DNA of 64,000 bases. Source: a virus (lineage: Duplodnaviria; Caudoviricetes). This document shows, piece by piece, positions 51,637 to 60,407 of the stretch (the stretch's first letter is position 1; each line of letters starts with the position of its first letter). The position numbers and the translations under genes are program-made. The notes beneath the pieces were generated by a model. It had not been told where the DNA came from and did not search any database. It worked only from the letters and a program-made list of their open reading frames with translations. The stretch lies in IMG/VR virus record IMGVR_UViG_3300033072_000249, positions 20,997 through 84,996 of that record; one strand, written 5' to 3'.

Positions 51637-52496
51637 ACGGCCACCGGCGCCTTGATCGAGGCGTGCGGCTCGTAGCCAACCAGCTCGAAGTCCTCAATGC
51701 GGTAGTCGAAGATGGAGCGGGGCTTGTGCTTGATCTTCAGTTGCGGCAGATCGCGCGGCTCGCGGCTGCACTGCTCCTTCACCTGGTCGAAGTGGTTTTT
51801 GTAGACGTGCGAGTCCCCGCCGGCCCAAATGAAGTCGCCCACCTCGAGGTCGCACTGCTGCGCCACCATGTGCGTGAGCAGCGCGTAGCTGGCGATGTTG
51901 AAGGGTACACCCAGGAACATGTCGCAGCTGCGCTGGTACAGCTGACAGCTCAGCCGCCCATCGGTCACATCGAACTGGAAGAGGGCGTGGCACGGGGCCA
52001 GGGCCATCTTGTCCAGGTCACCCACGTTCCATGCGCTGACGATGTGCCGGCGGCCGTTGGGGTCGCGGCGGATGCTGTCGATCACCGAGGTGATCTGGTC
52101 GACGTGGACGAAGTCCATCTCCACAAAGGCGCCACCGCCCTGGGCGATTTCTGACCGCACCTTGGTGACCTGTGACGTGGTCCAGGCGCGCCACTGCTTG
52201 CCGTAGATCGGGCCCAGGTCGCCATCCTCTCGGGCCCACTCGTCCCAGATCGTGCAGCCCAGGGCCTGCAGTTCTTTTGCGTTGGTGGAGCCAGATAGGA
52301 ACCACAACAACTCGGCCAGTACGCTGCGGAAGTGGACCTTCTTGGTGGTCAGCAGCGGGAAGCCTTTGCTCAGATCTTGGCGCAGCTGGGCGCCGAAGAT
52401 CTGTCGCGTGCCGGTGCCAGTGCGGTCGCCTTTTTCCCGGCCATGGGCGGCGATGTAGGAGATCAGGTGGAGGTAGTCGTGTTCGATGTTTTGCAT
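51633..52496 (-). CDS. thyA: thymidylate synthase
   Basis: [58 protein letters not shown]. Confidence 0.97.
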   Translation of the reverse strand: MQNIEHDYLHLISYIAAHGREKGDRTGTGTRQIFGAQLRQDLSKGFPLLTTKKVHFRSVLAELLWFLSGSTNAKELQALGCTIWDEWAREDGDLGPIYGKQWRAWTTSQVTKVRSEIAQGGGAFVEMDFVHVDQITSVIDSIRRDPNGRRHIVSAWNVGDLDKMALAPCHALFQFDVTDGRLSCQLYQRSCDMFLGVPFNIASYALLTHMVAQQCDLEVGDFIWAGGDSHVYKNHFDQVKEQCSREPRDLPQLKIKHKPRSIFDYRIEDFELVGYEPHASIKAPVAV

Positions 52497-52498
52497 GT

Positions 52499-52933
52499 TC
52501 AGCTCTTGATGATGGGCAGCTTGGCCGCCTCCAGTCTCACGTTGTAAGCGGCCTCGCGGCCGTAGCCCCACAGATCGCTCTTGCCGTCGATCATGGTTGG
52601 CGCGATGAAGTCGATGTGGATCTGCTCACCCTTCATCACGTAGTCGCGCATCTTCTCGACCAGGCAGCGCAGCGTGCCTCCGTGCGAGAAGCCGCGCCAC
52701 CTATTCCCGAATGGGGTCCAGTGAGTGTAGATGGTCTTGCCGGTGTACTCATCGAAGTGGTACACCCGACCGTTGCGCAAAACCAACATGGCCACGCGAC
52801 CGGCCGGCGACTCCCAGACCCCGCTGAAGCGCTCCGAGTGGAACCGGGTCGTGAAAAAGAACCGCCGGCCGTGCCTGGCGATGATGCAGATCAGCTCGTT
52901 GGCGTGGGCCAGGCGCTCTTCTTTGGTGCTCAC
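52499..52933 (-). CDS. hypothetical protein
   Basis: GRRFF...[18 protein letters not shown]. Confidence 0.7.
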   Translation of the reverse strand: MSTKEERLAHANELICIIARHGRRFFFTTRFHSERFSGVWESPAGRVAMLVLRNGRVYHFDEYTGKTIYTHWTPFGNRWRGFSHGGTLRCLVEKMRDYVMKGEQIHIDFIAPTMIDGKSDLWGYGREAAYNVRLEAAKLPIIKS

Positions 52934-53256
52934 TTCAACTCCTTGATGGCCCAGCGGGCCCGCGTTTTCTCAACCTCTTCCTGGATGGTCCGGTCGGAAT
53001 TCTCCGACACATGGACACTGCGCAGGCGCTTTTCGACCCATGCCTCGGCCTGCTCCTTGGTCTCGAACTCGCACCATGGCTTGCTGCCGAAAAAGACGGC
53101 CGCCAGCGGGTCGTTGCCAACCTTCTGGCGGAAGACGCCCCAGCGCATCACAGGCCGCGGCCTGCGCTTCTTGCTGGGTACGTTGGCCATCTTGTCTGGT
53201 GCCGGCTCGCGGCGCGCGGCCTTGGCCTTCTCGGACTCTTCGCGGTAGGTACTCAT
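52930..53256 (-). CDS. hypothetical protein
   Basis: Coupled ORF, 108 aa. Confidence 0.6.
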   Translation of the reverse strand: MSTYREESEKAKAARREPAPDKMANVPSKKRRPRPVMRWGVFRQKVGNDPLAAVFFGSKPWCEFETKEQAEAWVEKRLRSVHVSENSDRTIQEEVEKTRARWAIKELK

Positions 53257-53543
53257 GGCCAGGCGATCTTCAGCTCGAGCATGCCCTCGACGCCGGTCAT
53301 TTGAACGGTGTCGCCGCCGGGCACGTTGGCATCGATCCTGGTCGATCCGATGACGACACCCTTGCGAAGAAACTCCACCAGCAAGAAGGTCGGCCCAAAG
53401 AACCGCTCGCTTGATGAGCTGACCCGGAAACTGTCGAACTCGACGCCCAGCCCGCCGCTCTTGGTCTTGCCAAAGCCGTCAGCCTTGGCTGCGCCGGCCA
53501 TGACCGCGGCCTTGACATCTGAAGTGATTGTGATGGTGCTCAT
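53253..53543 (-). CDS. hypothetical protein
   Basis: GGAG RBS, ATG 53543 MSTITITSDV. Confidence 0.6.
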   Translation of the reverse strand: MSTITITSDVKAAVMAGAAKADGFGKTKSGGLGVEFDSFRVSSSSERFFGPTFLLVEFLRKGVVIGSTRIDANVPGGDTVQMTGVEGMLELKIAWP

Positions 53544-53926
53544 TTGAAGCTCCTGCTCATGATTCCCTTGACAACCCCCAGCCTCCTGCGCGCGTCGCGC
53601 CTCATCTGGACGGCCGTGTTTGCCTTGTAACAGTGGATGCACACCGCCGCCTTGCTGGCGTCGATGCGCTCGTAAATCGCCTCACCGTCCTCGTGTTGGT
53701 CGGCTGGTTCGTTGTACCAAGACCACAGGTGCGTGGACTTGTCGCGGCCTTTTCTGTCGACCTCTCGCGTGTACTTGTGGCAACCCCACTCATCCACCTC
53801 AAGGCGCTTTCCGTCGACACCGTGGCAGGCCTCCAGGCTCTCACCGATCAGCTCAGTGAGGCTCTTGATCTTCCGGGTCAGGCGGCCGTAATCGCCGACC
53901 AGCTCGAGTGCTTTTTGTGGTGTCAT
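53540..53926 (-). CDS. hypothetical protein
   Basis: 128 aa; C.HC near the C-terminus. Confidence 0.6.
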   Translation of the reverse strand: MTPQKALELVGDYGRLTRKIKSLTELIGESLEACHGVDGKRLEVDEWGCHKYTREVDRKGRDKSTHLWSWYNEPADQHEDGEAIYERIDASKAAVCIHCYKANTAVQMRRDARRRLGVVKGIMSRSFK

Positions 53927-54489
53927 GCTGCCAGCGTCAGGATCTGGGCGTGGAACTTGGTTGCCTCGAGTGCGCGCTCGCGCTGGGCGTTACGCTTGCG
54001 GATCTCGGCCAACTCCGGCGCCTGCAGCTTTCGGATGATGTCGAGGCATTCCTGCACCGACTGCGGCTCGATGATGATCTCCTCGGTCTTCACCAGAGGC
54101 GCGCCGAACAGGGCGAAGTCCTCGATGCGGCGAGGCTTGATCTCTTCCCAGCGCGGCTCGGCGTCGATCGGCCTGAACGGCGCAAAGTCGAGATGCACGC
54201 GCGCGCACTCGAGGGCTCGCGCCACCTGCCTCACAATAAAAACCGGCAGAGCCTCGCGCACTCCGATTCGGCCGCGCATCGAGTATTCGTGGAAGACACC
54301 GTCTGCCACCAGGTACAGCTGGGCGTCTTCGTGGCGAGCGAGAAGCTGCACCCTGCCGCGCACGAAGTCCTCATTCGCAGCCAGGCGCCACCCAGATCTT
54401 TGCAGCTCCCAGGTGGTGCTCTTGAAGCCGGCGAAGTGGACCTCCATCGGCTCGCTGCGCACGATGTGGTCAGAGAGTTCCATCGGCAA
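53923..54489 (-). CDS. hypothetical protein
   Basis: 188 aa, coupled. Confidence 0.65.
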   Translation of the reverse strand: MPMELSDHIVRSEPMEVHFAGFKSTTWELQRSGWRLAANEDFVRGRVQLLARHEDAQLYLVADGVFHEYSMRGRIGVREALPVFIVRQVARALECARVHLDFAPFRPIDAEPRWEEIKPRRIEDFALFGAPLVKTEEIIIEPQSVQECLDIIRKLQAPELAEIRKRNAQRERALEATKFHAQILTLAA

Positions 54490-54676
54490 TCTGCTGCTCG
54501 AGGTCTGCGATCTGCAGGTCGATACCCTTCAGGGCGGCCTCGGTCGCCGCGCGCTGGCGCAGCAGCCCCTTCATCAAGCCCTTGGCCTTGTCGGCCTGCT
54601 CTTTCTTGACTTCGAGCTCCGCCTGTTCGCGGACGGAAAGCTGGCGCTCTGGCATGGGGGTGATGTTGTTGCTCAT
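54470..54676 (-). CDS. coiled-coil hypothetical protein
   Basis: GAGG RBS, ATG 54676. Confidence 0.6.
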   Translation of the reverse strand: MSNNITPMPERQLSVREQAELEVKKEQADKAKGLMKGLLRQRAATEAALKGIDLQIADLEQQIADGTL

Positions 54677-54849
54677 GATTTCCTCTTGATGATGATGGTG
54701 AATGGCAGCAGGTCGAGCACCTTCTGCCACAGGGTTCGGTGCGTTTTCAGGCGCACCTTTTCTGCTTCAACGGCGGCGCGGAAGGCCTCGTCCTGCAGCT
54801 CCTTGAGTGCGCGCTGGCGCACGATGTCGGGGTCGAGATTGCTTCTCAC
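54673..54849 (-). CDS. hypothetical protein
   Basis: GTGA overlap start. Confidence 0.55.
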   Translation of the reverse strand: MRSNLDPDIVRQRALKELQDEAFRAAVEAEKVRLKTHRTLWQKVLDLLPFTIIIKRKS

Positions 54850-55094
54850 TGGGCCGCCCTGTGGTCTGCGGCCAGGCCGCGCCAACGCCTGGGTGGGTTG
54901 CTCGCGTCGAAGCTCTTCCTGCTGCTGGCGTGATCGACGCCGCGGTGACTGCCGAAGTGCCAGATGCCGCGCGCGTACTTGGCGTGGACGGGGCGACCGT
55001 CAGTCCACTCGACTTCATAGACGCCGGGGCGGGCCGGCGCGATGGCTGTCGGGAACCAGGGCGTCCGGTCGGGCGCCGATTGTTTGGTGACCAT
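54846..55094 (-). CDS. hypothetical protein
   Basis: AAGGAG RBS; T.WFP....P.RPGVYE...WRGLA. Confidence 0.7.
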   Translation of the reverse strand: MVTKQSAPDRTPWFPTAIAPARPGVYEVEWTDGRPVHAKYARGIWHFGSHRGVDHASSRKSFDASNPPRRWRGLAADHRAAQ

Positions 55095-55118
55095 GAGAAC
55101 TCCTTAAATGGCCACCGT

Positions 55119-55156
55119 AGTGTACAACTTTCTATTGACCTGTGAATAGAAAGTTG
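55119..55156 (-). promoter_or_regulatory. leftward promoter overlapped by a 12-bp inverted repeat
   Basis: TACACT -10 at 55119-55124; CAACTTTCTATT-8-AATAGAAAGTTG 55125-55156. Confidence 0.65.
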
Positions 55157-55532
55157 AGTGCTCTATGTGGTTTTTGTATCAAGGAGGACTAAGTGAACCC
55201 ATTTGTTTTTCTCTTCACCCAAGGGAGCGTTGGAGCCCCTGAACGCAGGGAGGCCCAAGCCCACGCATCAAAACGTAGGTTCGGGCCGCCCCGCGAAGTG
55301 TGACACCCATTGGTCGGTCGTCACCCCTTCGGTTGGCCACGGCGCGGGTACGCGCAGCAGCTGTGCCAATCAACCCCATGTACCTGGGTCAAGCTCGCGC
55401 ATTGGCATTCGGCGCGCTGGTGGTGTGAGCTGCATCCTTCCACCTCTCACATGGCCCGGATCGAGAATGCACCCTGTTCGGTGCGTCGACGCATGAGGCT
55501 CATGCCAGTCGAGGTGGAGGCGGAAAAGCAAA

Positions 55533-55640
55533 AGCCCCTTGGTTCCTTCCTCTCCGGTGGAAACCTCCGCACCTTGCGGTGCTTTGGCAGAGAGGAGGAG
55601 CCAAGGGGCTCGTTGAAATCCGGGTTTCCACGCCCGACAA
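55533..55640 (-). ncRNA. C4/CI-like antisense hairpin element
   Basis: AGCCCCTTGG...CCAAGGGGCT stem; GTGGAAACC in the leader is complementary to GGTTTCCAC in the hairpin head. Confidence 0.45.
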
Positions 55641-55799
55641 CTGAAATGTAGCACAGTTTCTGTTGTCGGGTGCAGTTTTTTGTTGCTCACTTCATGGCCG
55701 TCTCCTGATCGCGGGTTGATGCGGGATTGCGTCTATGAACCTCCATGATAGTGCAAGGACGTCCAGCCGCATATTCCCGACAAAACCGTAGGGGATTCA

Positions 55800-55828
55800 T
55801 TGCAACTTTCTGTTGGCGCGTCAATAAT
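55800..55828 (+). promoter_or_regulatory. sigma70 promoter with operator
   Basis: TTGCAA-17-AATAAT; CAACTTTCTGTTG 55803-55815. Confidence 0.75.
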
Positions 55829-55853
55829 TTCCTCACAGCAACAGGAGATCGCA

Positions 55854-56366
55854 ATGAGAGCCGACAAACTTCTCACCCCCGCCCAAATGATCGATGCCGC
55901 CAAGCCGATCATCCAGCCGGCCTACCTCTGCCCCGTCTGCGGCAAGGCTCACGACACACGCTCCGAGGCGCTGTCCTGCGCACTGACCAGTGAGCGCCCC
56001 GTGGCTGAGCCAGGCGACCTGGTCGTCATCGCCAACGGCTACGGCTGGCGCGACGGCCTGGACGACTGGCTCTACGACGAGGAAGGCTACGAGTTCCACG
56101 GCAAGAAGACGCTGCGCTTCTGGTTCGTGGTGACCGACGTCACGCAAAAGGTGCCAGCCCTGCCGCACACCGGCGATGACCAGGCCCACCGTCTCGCCTA
56201 CCACGTCCAGACCCTCGGCCTGCACAACGGCATGAAGGATGGGCTTTACGGCTGGACTGCAGTGCGGACCCACATCAGCTTCACCAAACCCAAGCGCAAG
56301 CCGCCGGCCAGCGTCGTCGAGGCCGCCAAAAAGATGGTCGGCCGCCGTTTTGATCGCCTTCTCTGA
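55854..56366 (+). CDS. hypothetical protein with Zn-finger motif
   Basis: AGGAG RBS; YLCPVCGKAH...A..C. Confidence 0.7.
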   Translation: MRADKLLTPAQMIDAAKPIIQPAYLCPVCGKAHDTRSEALSCALTSERPVAEPGDLVVIANGYGWRDGLDDWLYDEEGYEFHGKKTLRFWFVVTDVTQKVPALPHTGDDQAHRLAYHVQTLGLHNGMKDGLYGWTAVRTHISFTKPKRKPPASVVEAAKKMVGRRFDRLL

Positions 56367-56375
56367 GGATCTCAC

Positions 56376-56681
56376 ATGCATCGAATTGAAATGAATGACA
56401 TCGACCAGCGCATCGCCAAGGTGTGCGACCCGGCTACGGCCAACCGCACGGCCGTGATCTACCACAACCACAACACCCGCGAGCAGTGGCTCGTGACCCT
56501 TGTCCTGCCCAGCGACATCGACCGCTTCCGTGAGGCCCTCGTGACCCAGGGTTGCGAGATCGTCATCTCCAACCGGGAGCGCGGCGAGTGGAACTCGATC
56601 GATTGGCTGCGCCACTACCGCAAGGACGCGCCCATCGAGTTGATTTCTGGTCGCCTGGCCGCACTGCGAGGTGTCGCATGA
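56376..56681 (+). CDS. hypothetical protein
   Basis: GAGG RBS, 101 aa. Confidence 0.6.
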   Translation: MHRIEMNDIDQRIAKVCDPATANRTAVIYHNHNTREQWLVTLVLPSDIDRFREALVTQGCEIVISNRERGEWNSIDWLRHYRKDAPIELISGRLAALRGVA

Positions 56682-56998
56682 ACAAGAATCAGGAGGACAA
56701 CATCGCCAACCTGGTCGCGCATATCAAGCAGAGCGACGCCGCTATTGCTGCCGCCGAGCACACGCTGCAGAAGCTCGAGTGCCGAAGCGGCCAGGACACC
56801 ATCGCCGTCGCGATCGGTGGCGTGACTTTTAGGCTCTCCGATCACTCGCCTGCGCACAGCTTCCAGGCCATGCCGGTGAAGGAGCACAACGAGCTGCGCC
56901 AGGCCTGCATCAACGCGCAGAAGACCCACCTGTTCCGACTGCGCAGCAAGGCCGAGGGCTTGCGGTGGCAACTGCGCGAGGAGGTAAAGAAGGTATGA
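56678..56998 (+). CDS. hypothetical protein
   Basis: GAGG RBS, ATGA overlap. Confidence 0.6.
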   Translation: MNKNQEDNIANLVAHIKQSDAAIAAAEHTLQKLECRSGQDTIAVAIGGVTFRLSDHSPAHSFQAMPVKEHNELRQACINAQKTHLFRLRSKAEGLRWQLREEVKKV

Positions 56999-57510
56999 GA
57001 GACGCAGCTTTCCAGGCGATGCAGTTCGCCCACAAGGCCCACGCCGGCCAGCGCCGCAAGTACACCGGCAACCCATACACCGATCACCTGGCTGAGGTCG
57101 TTGGCATCTGCATGAGTGTGGGCTGGCATGACGCCACAGTTCACCCCGACACAATGATGGCCACGGCCTGGTTGCACGACACGATTGAGGGCTGCAACGT
57201 CTCGAGGTTTCAGATCAAGGACGCGTTCGGCCCCCAGATCATGGAGGGTGTCCTGCTGCTGAGCGACCTGGAGACCGGCGGCAACCGGGCCCAGCGCAAG
57301 GCGGCGTCGCGCGAGCGCCTGGCCGGCGCGCCATGCTGGGTGCAGACCATCAAGGTGGCCGACATCATCAGCAACACCTCGAGCATCGTTGAGCACGACC
57401 CGAAGTTTGCCGTCGTCTACCTGGAGGAGAAGCGCCTCCTGCTCGATGTGCTGACCAAGGCCGACAAGCGCCTGGTGGCCATGGCTCGCAGCCAGACGGG
57501 GGTTGCATGA
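56995..57510 (+). CDS. HD-domain Mesh1/SpoT-like small alarmone hydrolase homolog
   Basis: A..AH.GQ.RK....PY..H..EV, AWLHDTIEG, IK+ADI..N. Confidence 0.85.
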   Translation: MRDAAFQAMQFAHKAHAGQRRKYTGNPYTDHLAEVVGICMSVGWHDATVHPDTMMATAWLHDTIEGCNVSRFQIKDAFGPQIMEGVLLLSDLETGGNRAQRKAASRERLAGAPCWVQTIKVADIISNTSSIVEHDPKFAVVYLEEKRLLLDVLTKADKRLVAMARSQTGVA

Positions 57511-57791
57511 GGCTCGACCCTAGCGACTGGAACAAGCGCCGTGAGCGTGCGCAGAAGGGTGTCAAGCTCCCGCCGTTGCGCACGCTGAGTGAGATGGCCG
57601 ACGAGTTCGGCGTCACGCCTCGGTCACTCACCGTGACGATGGGCCACTACCCCGGGGCGCCGGAGCCCATGCAGCAACTCAAGAGCACGGCCACGCGCAC
57701 GGGCAAGACCTGGTACGACCCTTCGGCCATGCGTAAGTGGTGGAAATCCGTCCAGGAGACGCGGTCGCGGAAAAACAACACGTCGTCATAA
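57507..57791 (+). CDS. HTH-like hypothetical protein
   Basis: TLSEMADEFGVTP.SL. Confidence 0.6.
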   Translation: MRLDPSDWNKRRERAQKGVKLPPLRTLSEMADEFGVTPRSLTVTMGHYPGAPEPMQQLKSTATRTGKTWYDPSAMRKWWKSVQETRSRKNNTSS

Positions 57792-57796
57792 TTTTA

Positions 57797-57825
57797 TGGC
57801 AACTTTTTGTTCTAAGATCAATAAT
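57797..57825 (+). promoter_or_regulatory. sigma70 promoter with near-match operator
   Basis: TGGCAA-17-AATAAT; CAACTTTTTGTTC. Confidence 0.65.
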
Positions 57826-57833
57826 CTATCACC

Positions 57834-58208
57834 ATGAAAACGCATCAAATTCTCCTCACTATCACGACGTCCAAAGACATTCCCGGTTTGACGGACTTCG
57901 TCGCTGGCCGAGCCTACACCATCGACGGCGTGACCGATGTCGCCGCCTCTGCGCCGCCCGCCATACTGGATGTGGAAGAGGTGCGGCAGCGGCTGATCGA
58001 AGCGGGCTGGCGTCCGCCGTCCGACTTCGAGCTCCACGCAGAGCTCCCCGCAGAGCTCCCCGCAGAGCTCCCCGCAGAGCTCCCCGCGCCCAAGTTTTAC
58101 TGCGTCGCCAAGGTGGTCTCATCGAAGACGATGTGGGGCTCGAAAAAGAAGGCCGTCGTCTATATCGACGAGATCCCCGAGAACACCTACTTGTTCGCGA
58201 AGTCCTGA
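57834..58208 (+). CDS. hypothetical protein with ELPA repeats
   Basis: 124 aa. Confidence 0.6.
   Translation: MKTHQILLTITTSKDIPGLTDFVAGRAYTIDGVTDVAASAPPAILDVEEVRQRLIEAGWRPPSDFELHAELPAELPAELPAELPAPKFYCVAKVVSSKTMWGSKKKAVVYIDEIPENTYLFAKS
58029..58088 (+). repeat. 12-bp tandem repeat GAGCTCCCCGCA x5
   Basis: Seen directly; units 2-4 are identical. Confidence 0.95.
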
Positions 58209-58209
58209 C

Positions 58210-58452
58210 ATGGCCACCTACCGCGACAAGACTGGCCAGCGCCAGTACGGCACCCTCGACGGAGAGAAGGCCTTCCTGCTCGATGGCGAGGTGTTCCTGG
58301 TCGTCGGTCGCGACAACGGGTGGGTTCGGGTGAAAGGTCGGGTCGACGAGTTCAAGCCGCTGACACTCGAGCAGGCCAATGACCCCAAGTTCCAGGTCGG
58401 CCTTGGCGCTGTCGGCTACGGCCGATTGGACCGCTACTGGGGTGCTCGATGA
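58210..58452 (+). CDS. hypothetical protein
   Basis: 80 aa, operonic. Confidence 0.6.
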   Translation: MATYRDKTGQRQYGTLDGEKAFLLDGEVFLVVGRDNGWVRVKGRVDEFKPLTLEQANDPKFQVGLGAVGYGRLDRYWGAR

Positions 58453-58724
58453 AGGTCGAGATCATCAGCTACTACGTTGGCATCGGCTCCACGAAGGATG
58501 TCGCCACGAGGCAGATCTGCGCCTCGTATGAGGATGCCATCCGGCAGGCAGGCGGGGCAAAGTTTCGCGGCGAGATCTGGGCCGCGCCGGTCACCAACTA
58601 TGGGGCCGGTCGCTGGAAGCAGATCGGCTGGTACGACGGTCGAGGAGGTGTGTTTGCCGGGCCTGATGGCGATGAGCTGGCGAGTCGAGAGGTGTTCGAG
58701 CTACTGACATCAAACTTCAATTAA
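58449..58724 (+). CDS. hypothetical protein
   Basis: ATGA overlap. Confidence 0.6.
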   Translation: MKVEIISYYVGIGSTKDVATRQICASYEDAIRQAGGAKFRGEIWAAPVTNYGAGRWKQIGWYDGRGGVFAGPDGDELASREVFELLTSNFN

Positions 58725-58729
58725 GCATC

Positions 58730-59158
58730 ATGAATCAAGCAATACACGAGATCCTCAACCGAGCCGAGGATTACGCAGATCGCAAGGGTGACCCATCGCT
58801 GCGTGACGAGCTGAAGATCCTGGAAAAGGCCGTCTCCACCCACATCGAGAGCCTGGAGCTCGAGCTCGCCGGCTGCAAGTCGCTGATCTCCGAGATGGCG
58901 CGGGCCAGCCAGGCTGACAGCGACCTAATCCTCCAACTGCGGCGCCAGCTGAGTGACGAGCAGCACGTCATCCAGCGCCACAGCCACAACGTGCGTCGTG
59001 TTCGGCGCGGCCTGGACATCGTCGTCCAGTTTCGCCTTGGCACTGACTGGGGCGACCGGGCCTCGTACAACGAGATGTCGGACGATTACGCTGAGTCCAA
59101 CAGCAAAAAGTTTGCAGAGTACCTGATGCACCAGGTCACAACAGGAGTCCTGAAGTGA
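58730..59158 (+). CDS. coiled-coil hypothetical protein
   Basis: 142 aa. Confidence 0.6.
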   Translation: MNQAIHEILNRAEDYADRKGDPSLRDELKILEKAVSTHIESLELELAGCKSLISEMARASQADSDLILQLRRQLSDEQHVIQRHSHNVRRVRRGLDIVVQFRLGTDWGDRASYNEMSDDYAESNSKKFAEYLMHQVTTGVLK

Positions 59159-59484
59159 AGAAGGCTTTCATCGTCCTGGCCCTGGTGGCCACCACCTCGC
59201 ACGCTGAGTTCGTCAGCGGCAATGACCTGGCCCGCTGGCTTGGCGACGAGAAGCTCGCCGGCCTCGGCCAAGGCTACATCATCGGCGCGGCCGACACCCT
59301 GCACGGAATTGTTCACTGCAGGCCCGGGAACGTCACCGCCACCCAGGTGGTCGAGATCGTGAAGAAGAACATCCAGGTCTACCCGGAGCGGCTGCACTTC
59401 AGTGGCGACTCCATCGTGACCGAGTCGCTGAAGCAGCTGTGGCCATGCCCTGAGCGGCGCCCGCGCGGGGAGCGACAGCTGTGA
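59155..59484 (+). CDS. secreted Rap1a/Tai-like immunity protein
   Basis: Signal peptide; SGNDL....GYI.G..D...C.P...T..Q...+V...+...P...H......+...L...WPC. Confidence 0.7.
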   Translation: MKKAFIVLALVATTSHAEFVSGNDLARWLGDEKLAGLGQGYIIGAADTLHGIVHCRPGNVTATQVVEIVKKNIQVYPERLHFSGDSIVTESLKQLWPCPERRPRGERQL

Positions 59485-59642
59485 TGGCGCGCATCCACAT
59501 CATTGCCATGTTCATCGTTGGCCTGGTGATCGCATCGTGTGATCCGGTTCCTGCGCAGACCAAGGTCCAGGTCATGAAGACCAAGTCCGGCCAGCTCTGT
59601 GGGCGCACCGATTCGAGCCAGTGGTACTGCACCAAGGGGTGA
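59484..59642 (+). CDS. small lipoprotein-like protein
   Basis: Hydrophobic N-terminus with LVIAS-C lipobox-like motif; 52 aa. Confidence 0.5.
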   Translation: MARIHIIAMFIVGLVIASCDPVPAQTKVQVMKTKSGQLCGRTDSSQWYCTKG

Positions 59643-59644
59643 TC

Positions 59645-59965
59645 ATGGAGAAGTTGAAAGAGATCGACCTGATCGCCGCCGTTGAGCAGGTGTGCCGCGA
59701 GGAATCGTTCGGCTTCGACGGCCTGCTTTGGCAGCACGTCGATGGGGATGCGTCCGCGGTCATTCACCACGGCGGCCTGACGCCTCGCATCGCATACATC
59801 CTCAACCGCCCGGTCAGCACTGTGCGCCGCCGCCTGGTGGCTCTGCACAAGGCCGGGAAGATGGCTCGCCATGGCCGCGCCACAACCACCTATCGCTGGT
59901 GGCCCGTTGGCCTATACGACCGCTGTGTAGCGGAAAAGCAACAAGTTTCTCAACCCGCCAACTGA
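59645..59965 (+). CDS. winged-helix hypothetical protein
   Basis: IA..LNRP.STVRRRL..L...G. Confidence 0.6.
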   Translation: MEKLKEIDLIAAVEQVCREESFGFDGLLWQHVDGDASAVIHHGGLTPRIAYILNRPVSTVRRRLVALHKAGKMARHGRATTTYRWWPVGLYDRCVAEKQQVSQPAN

Positions 59966-59977
59966 CAGGAGGTCACC

Positions 59978-60382
59978 ATGGCAACACACGAAGAGCTGCG
60001 CGCTCAACTCCAAGCCCGTCACGACAAGGATGTCATCGCCAAGGCGGTGGCCGTCCTTGAAGCGCGCGGCTGCAAGTACAGCATCACAGAACCCGATGGC
60101 GATCATCACACCAACATCGTGGCCGATGAAAAGCCGCCCCGTGTGATGGTCAATGACTTCGTTGCCGACACGAACTACATCGAGATCTTGTCGAAAATTG
60201 AGAAGGGCCAATCCGACATCGTCATCGTTCCTGAGGCAAAGGTGTCGGATCACAAGTACGTCGAGAACCTTCGCGCCTCGGTCGTTGGCCGCTGCCGGCG
60301 CGACTGGGGTGAGAAGACCTTCAAGGTTGAGATCGGAGAGGGGCGCAACTGCATCAATGTTATGCGCAACCCCGACCTGTAA
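59978..60382 (+). CDS. hypothetical protein
   Basis: AGGAGG RBS. Confidence 0.7.
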   Translation: MATHEELRAQLQARHDKDVIAKAVAVLEARGCKYSITEPDGDHHTNIVADEKPPRVMVNDFVADTNYIEILSKIEKGQSDIVIVPEAKVSDHKYVENLRASVVGRCRRDWGEKTFKVEIGEGRNCINVMRNPDL

Positions 60383-60407
60383 TCCCGACTGAGTTGCATG
60401 GACTTTG

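Noticed and set aside
53633-55090. 485-aa plus-strand ORF
   Set aside because: Shadow across six coupled minus-strand genes that have their own RBSs
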